A DNA stretch of 32,000 nt, from assembly GCA_017577285.1 (NCBI GenBank), contig PITV01000001.1, positions 29,857-61,856 of the forward strand. The letters are read 5' to 3'. This stretch comes from Clostridiales bacterium (GTDB taxonomy: Bacteria > Bacillota > Clostridia > Christensenellales > Aristaeellaceae). The position numbers and the translations under genes were made by a program. This document shows, in pieces, positions 9,275 through 15,983 of the stretch. Numbering within the stretch: position 1 is the stretch's first letter; every line of letters starts with the position of its first letter. The notes below the pieces were generated by a model that made no database searches, was not told the DNA's origin, and was given only the letters and a program-made list of their open reading frames with translations.

Positions 9275-9303
9275 TTGACAACGTACCTGTTTTCGGCTAT
9301 ACT
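9275..9303 (+). promoter_or_regulatory. Sigma-A promoter of the T-box/alaS transcript
   Basis: TTGACA (9275-9280), a 17-nt spacer, then TATACT (9298-9303), immediately upstream of T-box Stem I. Confidence 0.6.
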
Positions 9304-9315
9304 ATGCCGCGAAAA

Positions 9316-9612
9316 GCGATGAAGCAGAAGTTTCTTCCGTACTCATTGCTCAGCGAGCCGGGGGCGGTGTGAGCCCGGCGCGATGAGGGAGGAAATGCCG
9401 CTGCCGAGCCGCCCGCGGGAAGGCCTTTTGCGTATGATCCGGCAGGACCGGGTGAGGGAAAGACCGATCACGGGACGGGTGTGCCTCCGTTAACGGGCGA
9501 TGAGGGGATACGCTGTCTCCGGGGATGACTCCGGCGGCGCGTGTCAAGTGAAGTGGTACCGCGAATACAGTGCGTCTGTTCGTCTTCAATGATGAACGGG
9601 CGCACTTTACTT
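9316..9612 (+). promoter_or_regulatory. T-box riboswitch leader, alanine-specific (specifier GCC at 9387-9389)
   Basis: The K-turn 5' half is GCGAUGAA. The lower helix is GCAG/CUGC and the upper helix is UUCUUCC/GGAGGAA. The AG bulge is AGCGAG, with distal loop GGCGGUGUGAG. The 3' side of the specifier loop reads AAU-GCC-G followed by CUGCCGAGC, parallel to glyQS 'GAA-GGC-A-CUUCGAGC'. The conserved T-box sequence AAGUGGUACCGCG lies at 9551-9563, followed by a terminator hairpin. Confidence 0.85.
9569..9612 (+). terminator. T-box attenuator (terminator) hairpin
   Basis: A 16-bp stem, AGTGCGTCTGTTCGTC (9569-9584) / GATGAACGGGCGCACT (9591-9606), includes 3 G-U pairs and has the loop TTCAAT. It is followed by TTTACTTAT. 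Its 5' arm abuts the T-box sequence, as expected for a terminator/antiterminator switch. The U-tract is weak. Confidence 0.6.
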
Positions 9613-9664
9613 ATCACCGCTCCGCAGGATGACTGCGGAACAGATCCCGAAAGGAGAAACGACC

Positions 9665-11638
9665 ATGAAGCAGCTTACCTCCAGCGAACTGCGCTCTCTC
9701 TGGTTCAAGTTCTACACCGAGAAGCAGCACGCCATCATCGACTCCGCCTCCGTCATTCCCGAGAATGACCCCACCGTTCTGTTCACCACCGCCGGCATGC
9801 ATCCCCTGGTGCCCTATCTGCTGGGTCAGAAGCATCCCGCCGGCCGCCGCCTCGCCGATGTGCAGAAGTGCATCCGCACCAAGGATATCGATGAAGTGGG
9901 CGATATGAGCCACTGCACCTTCTTTGAAATGCTGGGCAACTGGAGCCTGGGCGACTATTTCCGCAAGGAAATGATCCCCTGGAGCTGGGAATTCCTGACA
10001 GATGAGAAGTGGCTGGGCATCGAGAAGGACAGGCTGGCCTTCACCGTGTTCGAGGGCGATCAGGACTGCCCCCGCGACAATGAGGGTGCCGATCTGTGGC
10101 GTTCCTGCGGTGTGAAGGACGATCATCTGTTCTTCCTGCCCAAGAAGCACAACTGGTGGGGACCTGCCGGTGTCACCGGACCCTGCGGCCCCGATACCGA
10201 AATGTTCATCATCATGAAGGAGCCCTGCGGCCCCGATTGTTCCCCCGCCTGCGACTGCGGCGCCTATCTGGAGATCTGGAACGACGTGTTCATGCAGTAC
10301 AACAAGCAGGCTGACGGCAGCTTCATTCCGCTGGAGCAGAAGAATGTGGACACCGGCATGGGTCTGGAGCGCGTGCTGTGCGTGCTGAACGGCAAGAAGA
10401 GCGTGTATGAGACCGATGTGTTCACCGGCATCATCGCGAAGATCGAGCAGCTCTCCGGCAAGAAGTACAACGCCGATGACGAGAACACCAAGGCGTTCCG
10501 CGTGGTGGCGGATCATATGCGCACCTCCACCTTCATTCTGGGCGACCCCCGCGGCGTATCCCCCTCCAATGTGGATCAGGGCTACATCCTTCGCCGTCTT
10601 ATCCGCCGCGCCGTGCGCTACGGCATGAACCTGGGTCTCGAAGCCGGTTTCACCGCCGAGATCGCGCAGGTCATCATCGATCAGTACAAGGAGATCTATC
10701 CCGAGCTGAGCGCCAATTCCGCCTTCGTTCTTGAGCAGCTGAAGCTGGAGGAAGACCGCTTCACCCGCACCCTGCGCCAGGGCGAAAAGGAATTTGAAAA
10801 GGTATATTATAATGTGGGCCAGACGAAGATCCTGCTGGAAAGCATCCTGGCGGCTGATGATATCGTGGCCTGCGCCAACGAGAACGCTCAGACAAAGAAG
10901 CTGCGTCCCTCTCCCGACATGATGCCCATCATCGAGGCCGCCAAGGCCGGTGACGCCGCCGCCGTGAAGGCCGCTATCGACGCCCGTCTTTCCACCCTCA
11001 CCGTGCTGGACGGCCGCAGCGCTTTCAAACTGTATGACACCTACGGATTCCCCATCGAGATGACCACCGAGCTGGCCGCCGAGAAGGGACTGACCGTGGA
11101 TATGGAGGACTTCGAGGCCCGCTTCAAGCAGCATCAGGAGACCAGCCATGCCGGCGCCGAGCAGCGCTTCAAGGGCGGTCTGGCGGATGCCAGCGAGCAG
11201 ACCGCCTGCCTGCACACCGCCACCCATCTGCTGCAGGCCGCCCTGCGCAAGGTGCTGGGCGATGAAGTGCATCAGAAGGGCAGCAATATCACTGCCGAGC
11301 GTCTGCGCTTCGACTTCACCTTCGGCCGCAAAGTGACTCCCGAGGAACTGGAGACCGTTGAAAAGCTGGTGAATGAAGCCATCGAAGCCAAGGTGCCCGT
11401 CACCCTGGAGGAAATGACCGTGCCCGAAGCCAAGGCGCAGGGCGCCATGGGCCTGTTCGAGAGCAAGTACGGTGAGCGGGTCAAGGTGTACACCATGGGC
11501 AAGTACTCCAAGGAGATCTGCGGTGGACCGCACGCGAAGAACACCGGAGATCTGGTGTCCTTCAAGATCCAGAAGGAAGAATCCTCCTCCGCCGGCGTGC
11601 GCCGCATCAAGGCCACCATCGGCCGCAAAGCGGAGTGA
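9665..11638 (+). CDS. alaS: Alanine--tRNA ligase, compact form (~657 aa) lacking the C-Ala domain
   Basis: The ATG at 9665 is 8 nt after AAGGAG (9651-9656); the track start at 9629 lies inside the leader. Class II AlaRS motifs are present: DPTVLFTTAGMHP, FFEMLGNWSLGDYF, TGPCGPDTEMF, LEIWNDVFMQYN, DTGMGLERV, FKLYDTYGFP. The editing zinc motifs HTATHLL and CGGPH are also present. The protein stops 30 aa after CGGPH. Confidence 0.9.
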   Translation: MKQLTSSELRSLWFKFYTEKQHAIIDSASVIPENDPTVLFTTAGMHPLVPYLLGQKHPAGRRLADVQKCIRTKDIDEVGDMSHCTFFEMLGNWSLGDYFRKEMIPWSWEFLTDEKWLGIEKDRLAFTVFEGDQDCPRDNEGADLWRSCGVKDDHLFFLPKKHNWWGPAGVTGPCGPDTEMFIIMKEPCGPDCSPACDCGAYLEIWNDVFMQYNKQADGSFIPLEQKNVDTGMGLERVLCVLNGKKSVYETDVFTGIIAKIEQLSGKKYNADDENTKAFRVVADHMRTSTFILGDPRGVSPSNVDQGYILRRLIRRAVRYGMNLGLEAGFTAEIAQVIIDQYKEIYPELSANSAFVLEQLKLEEDRFTRTLRQGEKEFEKVYYNVGQTKILLESILAADDIVACANENAQTKKLRPSPDMMPIIEAAKAGDAAAVKAAIDARLSTLTVLDGRSAFKLYDTYGFPIEMTTELAAEKGLTVDMEDFEARFKQHQETSHAGAEQRFKGGLADASEQTACLHTATHLLQAALRKVLGDEVHQKGSNITAERLRFDFTFGRKVTPEELETVEKLVNEAIEAKVPVTLEEMTVPEAKAQGAMGLFESKYGERVKVYTMGKYSKEICGGPHAKNTGDLVSFKIQKEESSSAGVRRIKATIGRKAE

Positions 11639-11662
11639 CCGGGAAAGATAAAAAGTACTTTC

Positions 11663-11689
11663 TGTAACAAACAGACCGAATCTGACGTC
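11663..11689 (+). promoter_or_regulatory. Candidate ECF-type promoter TGTAAC-N17-CGTC upstream of aspS
   Basis: TGTAAC (11663-11668), a 17-nt spacer, then CGTC (11686-11689), in the 79-nt alaS-aspS gap and 29 nt upstream of the aspS ATG. The hexamer and tetramer are the same as in the sigma-gene promoter at 6677-6702. Confidence 0.3.
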
Positions 11690-11717
11690 CGTCCGGACAG
11701 GATAAAGGAGACAGAAT

Positions 11718-13493
11718 ATGCAGAACAGAACACATACCTGTAATGAACTGAGGATCACCGATGTCGGCAAGGAAGTTCAGCTTTCCGGCTGGATGGAAAA
11801 TATCCGCGAAGTGGGCGGCAATCTGGCGTTCATCGTGCTCCGTGACTTCTACGGCACCACGCAGGTGGTCGTTGAGGACGAGGAGATCATGAAGAAGGTA
11901 CTGCCTCTCAACAAGGAGAGCGTGCTTTCCGTAAAAGGCATCGTCCGCGAGCGCTCCAGCAAGAACCCCAGGCAGGATACCGGCGATATCGAAGTGGTGC
12001 CCACTTCTGTGGATATCCTCGGCACCTGCCGCTATAACGCGCTGCCCTTCCAGATCAACCGCTCCAAGGAAGCGGATGAGACCATGCGTCTGAAGTACCG
12101 CTATCTGGACCTGCGCAATCCTGAAGTGAAAAAGAACATCATCATGCGCTGCAAGGTGGTGGCGGCTCTGCGCAAGGCCATGATCGACCACGATTTTCTG
12201 GAGATCACCACCCCCATCCTCACCGCGTCCTCTCCCGAAGGCGCCCGTGACTATCTGGTGCCCGCCCGCAAGCATCCCGGCATGTTCTACGCCCTGCCTC
12301 AGGCGCCCCAGCAGTTCAAGCAGCTGCTGATGACCTCGGGCTTTGACCGTTATTTCCAGATCGCCCCCTGCTTCCGCGACGAGGATGCCAGAGGCGACCG
12401 CAGCCCCGGTGAATTCTATCAGCTGGATATGGAAATGGCGTTTGCCTCTCAGGAGGATGTGTTCGCCATTCTGGAGGATGTGCTGCCTCCCATCTTTGCC
12501 CAATACGGCACATACAACCGCGCTTCCGCCGCCCCCTTCCACCGCATCGCCTACAACGATGCCATGGAGACCTACGGCTGCGACAAGCCCGACCTGCGCA
12601 TCGACCTGACCGCCACCGATGTGACGGACCTGCTCTCCGGCTGCGGCTTCGGCCCCTTTGAGGGACAGGTCGTGAAGGCCATCCCCGTCACCGATTTCAC
12701 CTGCACCCGCAAGCAGATCGACAAGCTGTGCGCTGATGCCGAAGTCATCAGCGGAAACAAGGCCTACTGGTTCAAGCTGGATGAGAACGGCGAGATCGCC
12801 GGCGGCATCGCCAAGTTCCTGCAGGAAAAGAAGGATGATATCATCGCGGCGCTGAACCTGAAGCCCAACACCTTCGTGGCGCTGTCCGCAGGCAAGAAGG
12901 GCGCCGCCCAGAAGACCGCCGGTGCCCTCATCAAGCTGCTGGGACCCCTGTGCCCCAATCATATGGACGCCGAGAAGTACGAGTTCTGCTGGATCGTGGA
13001 CTTCCCCATGTACGAGATCGGCGAGGAGAGCGGCGAGCTGGAGTTCTGCCACAATCCCTTCTCCATGCCCAACGGCGGTCTGGAGATCCTGAAGAAGGCC
13101 CAGTCCGGCGAGGTGGATCCCCTGACCATCACCGCCTATCAGTATGACCTGGTGTGCAACGGCGTGGAGCTGTCCTCCGGTGCCGTCCGCAACCATGACC
13201 CCGAGATCATGATCGAAGCCTTCAAGCTGGTGCGTCTGGGCGAGGAGGATGTGAAGGCCAAGTTCCCCGCCATGTACAACGCTTTCTGCTACGGCGCGCC
13301 TCCCCATGCCGGCATCGCCCCGGGCGTGGACCGCATGGTGATGCTGCTGGCCGCCGCGGATACCATCCGCGAGGTCATTCCCTTCCCCATGAACAAGAAC
13401 GCCCAGGATATCATGATGGGCGCTCCCGGATACGTGGAGCAGAAGCAGCTGGACGAACTGCACATCGCCTGCGTGAAGGAAGAAAAAGAGTAA
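11718..13493 (+). CDS. aspS: Aspartate--tRNA ligase (bacterial type)
   Basis: A 591-aa ORF with AAAGGAG 7 nt upstream. It has an N-terminal OB fold (VQLSGWMENIREVGGNLAFIVLRDFYGTTQVVV), class IIb motifs (FRDEDARGDRSPGEFYQLDMEMAF, GVELSSGAVRNHD, APPHAGIAPGVDRMVML) and the bacterial insertion domain. Confidence 0.95.
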   Translation: MQNRTHTCNELRITDVGKEVQLSGWMENIREVGGNLAFIVLRDFYGTTQVVVEDEEIMKKVLPLNKESVLSVKGIVRERSSKNPRQDTGDIEVVPTSVDILGTCRYNALPFQINRSKEADETMRLKYRYLDLRNPEVKKNIIMRCKVVAALRKAMIDHDFLEITTPILTASSPEGARDYLVPARKHPGMFYALPQAPQQFKQLLMTSGFDRYFQIAPCFRDEDARGDRSPGEFYQLDMEMAFASQEDVFAILEDVLPPIFAQYGTYNRASAAPFHRIAYNDAMETYGCDKPDLRIDLTATDVTDLLSGCGFGPFEGQVVKAIPVTDFTCTRKQIDKLCADAEVISGNKAYWFKLDENGEIAGGIAKFLQEKKDDIIAALNLKPNTFVALSAGKKGAAQKTAGALIKLLGPLCPNHMDAEKYEFCWIVDFPMYEIGEESGELEFCHNPFSMPNGGLEILKKAQSGEVDPLTITAYQYDLVCNGVELSSGAVRNHDPEIMIEAFKLVRLGEEDVKAKFPAMYNAFCYGAPPHAGIAPGVDRMVMLLAAADTIREVIPFPMNKNAQDIMMGAPGYVEQKQLDELHIACVKEEKE

Positions 13494-13508
13494 ACGGCAT
13501 ACATAACA

Positions 13509-13541
13509 GCACCTGCCCCCGTCCGGAGCGGGTGCTTTCTT
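13509..13541 (+). terminator. Intrinsic terminator after aspS
   Basis: Stem GCACCTGC (13509-13516) / GCGGGTGC (13528-13535) has one G-U pair and is followed by TTTCTT. It lies 16 nt after the aspS stop. Confidence 0.7.
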
Positions 13542-13871
13542 ATGCTTTGTGAAAAAACGGTGTCCGGTCGGGCATCTCCTTCCGGCAGGATCTGGCAGCC
13601 GTCTGCGGAATAATGAGGCGGGCGCGGGATGCGCTTTATGACAAACCGGGGGAGAAGGAGTAAGAAGACCGCTTTTTTGACGCGAAATCTTACGATAAAC
13701 CGGCTTTTGAGAAGTATCCGGCGCTGCAGGGGGTGGAGATCGCCTTCTGCGAGACCCGCCTTTCCCGGAAACCGTGAACCCGGCTGCCGGCTGTGGCGGC
13801 GTGTGCGTGTTTGTGAATGATGATGTGTCCGCGTCCGTGATCGACCGGCTGTAAACATGATGCCGCCAGTC

Positions 13872-13901
13872 TTGCGGAAGGCACCGCGCGGATGATATAA
13901 T
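13872..13901 (+). promoter_or_regulatory. Sigma-A promoter (extended -10) of the first MBL gene
   Basis: TTGCGG (13872-13877), an 18-nt spacer, then TGaTATAAT (13893-13901). Confidence 0.5.
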
Positions 13902-13932
13902 GCAAAGGATCAAACCAAGGAGTTTCCAGAAC

Positions 13933-14859
13933 ATGAAGAAGATTTCCGTTTTGCTGGTATCCCTCTGCCTGCTGCTGGCGGCAGTACCCGCCTTCGCGGA
14001 CGGTCTGCCCGTATATTTTCAGCGCAGCGATCTGACCCATCCGGAGGAGACCGTCCAGTGGGTGGATGAGAGCCCCTTCGCCGGTATGAATGAGGAGGAT
14101 CTGCTGCAGGTGGATTTCTTGGGCATCCGGCAGGGAGACTGCATCATCATATCCTACAGGGGCAGGCGCATGCTGATCGACGGCGGCGAAAGCTTCCGTT
14201 TCGACGCGGTGAGGGCTTATCTGAAGGCGAAGGGGATCGAGCACTTTGACTGGTTCCTTCTGACCCACGCGCACGATGACCATATCGGTCTGCCGCGGAC
14301 GCTGGTCCTGAAAGGTTACGGCCCCGATATCCAGTATTCGCCCTACGACCCGGATGAATCCTACACGGAATGGAAGCCCTATGTGGAGCGTCTGCAGAAA
14401 TTCGGGGTGGAGATGGTGAAGCTGCAGACCGGCGATGTGATCGACATCGAAGACGATGTGACGATGAAGATCTACCGCTGGGACCGCAAGTCTGCGGCGC
14501 TCATGAACGGCCATTCCATCGTCACGATGGTGCAGTTCGGGGATGCCCGCATCCTGCTGACAGGCGACATCGACGGCGATACCCAGAACTGGCTCCTGGA
14601 AAACTGGGCGCCGGAAGAATTCAAGTGCGATATCATGAAGGCGCCCCATCACGGCAACAATCTGCTGCAGACCGCTTTCGCGGACGCAACGGCGCCTTCC
14701 CTCATGATCATCACCAATCCCAAGTCATACACCAAAACGCTGAACAGTCAGCTGGCGAAGCGGCACATCCCGCGCCTGCACATCCCCAGCACCGTTCACT
14801 GCCAAACGGACGGAAAGATCTGGTATGTATGGCTGGAGAAGATGCCGGCGTATAACTGA
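13933..14859 (+). CDS. Secreted MBL-fold metallo-hydrolase (ComEC/COG2333-like beta-lactamase domain), paralog 1
   Basis: The ATG at 13933 is 10 nt after AAGGAG; the track start at 13900 overlaps the -10 box. It has a signal peptide (MKKISVLLVSLCLLLAAVPAFA), the metal motif LLTHAHDDHIG, and later KAPHHGN. Confidence 0.85.
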   Translation: MKKISVLLVSLCLLLAAVPAFADGLPVYFQRSDLTHPEETVQWVDESPFAGMNEEDLLQVDFLGIRQGDCIIISYRGRRMLIDGGESFRFDAVRAYLKAKGIEHFDWFLLTHAHDDHIGLPRTLVLKGYGPDIQYSPYDPDESYTEWKPYVERLQKFGVEMVKLQTGDVIDIEDDVTMKIYRWDRKSAALMNGHSIVTMVQFGDARILLTGDIDGDTQNWLLENWAPEEFKCDIMKAPHHGNNLLQTAFADATAPSLMIITNPKSYTKTLNSQLAKRHIPRLHIPSTVHCQTDGKIWYVWLEKMPAYN

Positions 14860-14920
14860 AAGACCGGCTACACACGGGATTTGCGTATGAAAAACGGCGG
14901 ATCGGAGAAATGAACAGGAT

Positions 14921-15856
14921 ATGAAAAGAGCGCGAAATGCAGCGGGGATCATCCTTTTGCTGATCATCCTTTCATTCGCGGCAACAGCGCCTTCTGCGGC
15001 GGAAGGCCTGCCGGTGTATTTTCAGCGCGACAGTTTTGTGAAACCCGATTCCCCGGTGGAATGGGTGGATGAGAGCCCCTTCGCCGGCACAGAGGAGGAT
15101 GAACTGCTGCAGATCGACTATCTGGGCATCCGTCAGGGCGACTGCATCATCATCACTTTCCGCGGAAAGCGCATGCTGGTGGACGGGGGAGAGAACTTCC
15201 GTTACGCGGCGGTGGAAAAGTATCTGCAATCCAAGAGGATCGACCGGTTTGACTGTTTTCTGCTGACCCATGCCCATGCCGATCACATTGGTCTGCCCGT
15301 GCGGATGCTGAATCACGGCTATATCCCGCAGATCCAGTATTCACCCTATGAAGAGGATGACCGTTACGGGGAGTGGAGCTCCTATGCGAAGCAGCTGAAG
15401 GAAGCGGGTACGGAGCTGGTGCGGCTGCAGACAGGCGATACGGTCTCCTTCGGGGATGATGTGACGCTGAAGGTCTTCCGCTGGGACGCGGGCGGGAGCA
15501 TCTCCATCAATGACCATTCCATGGTGGTGATGGTGCAGTTCGGGGACGCGCGCATGCTGCTGACAGCGGATGTCACCGGAAAAGCGCAGAAATGGCTGAT
15601 GCAGAATTTCGCGCCGGAGGAATTCAAGTGCGATATCATGAAGGCGCCGCACCACGGAAACAACTTCCTGCAGGCGGAACTGGCGGACGCCGCGTCGCCC
15701 TCCCTTGTGATCATCACCAATCCGAAATCCTACACGAAGGACCTCAACGGTCAGCTGGACAGGCGTCACATCCCGCATATCGATATTTCCGTCACCGTCC
15801 ATTGCCAGACGGATGGAAAGGTCTGGTACATATGGCGGGAAAAGATGCCGGAATGA
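14921..15856 (+). CDS. Secreted MBL-fold metallo-hydrolase, paralog 2 (tandem duplicate)
   Basis: It has a signal peptide (IILLLIILSFAATAPSAA), LLTHAHADHIG and KAPHHGN. It is collinear with paralog 1 along its whole length. About two-thirds of residues were identical in the ~100-aa stretch I aligned by eye. The two genes share the identical DNA run GAATTCAAGTGCGATATCATGAAGGCGCC. Confidence 0.85.
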   Translation: MKRARNAAGIILLLIILSFAATAPSAAEGLPVYFQRDSFVKPDSPVEWVDESPFAGTEEDELLQIDYLGIRQGDCIIITFRGKRMLVDGGENFRYAAVEKYLQSKRIDRFDCFLLTHAHADHIGLPVRMLNHGYIPQIQYSPYEEDDRYGEWSSYAKQLKEAGTELVRLQTGDTVSFGDDVTLKVFRWDAGGSISINDHSMVVMVQFGDARMLLTADVTGKAQKWLMQNFAPEEFKCDIMKAPHHGNNFLQAELADAASPSLVIITNPKSYTKDLNGQLDRRHIPHIDISVTVHCQTDGKVWYIWREKMPE

Positions 15857-15896
15857 CGGGAGAGATCCCGGGCATCCGCCTGATACCGATGCATAT

Positions 15897-15955
15897 GAAA
15901 AACCGCTCCGCCGGAGGCTGCAGCTGCCGGCCGGGAGCGGTTCTTTGCTTTTCTG
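15897..15955. terminator. Bidirectional intrinsic terminator between convergent genes
   Basis: A long hairpin with AACCGCTCC (15901-15909) / GGAGCGGTT (15934-15942) and an inner GCCGG...CCGGC pairing. It is preceded by GAAAAA and followed by CTTTGCTTTTC. Confidence 0.65.
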
Positions 15956-15983
15956 ATATGTGCTTTTCCGGAAAGATATGTCT

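Noticed and set aside
9629-9664. ORF-track start codons upstream of my chosen starts: alaS 9629, MBL-1 13900, rpmE 20631, DUF1385 21042 and the PG-binding protein 27465.
   Set aside because: In each case a downstream ATG has a properly spaced RBS and yields the expected conserved N-terminus or signal peptide. The upstream starts lie inside the T-box leader, overlap a -10 box or lack an RBS. The downstream starts remain unverified predictions.
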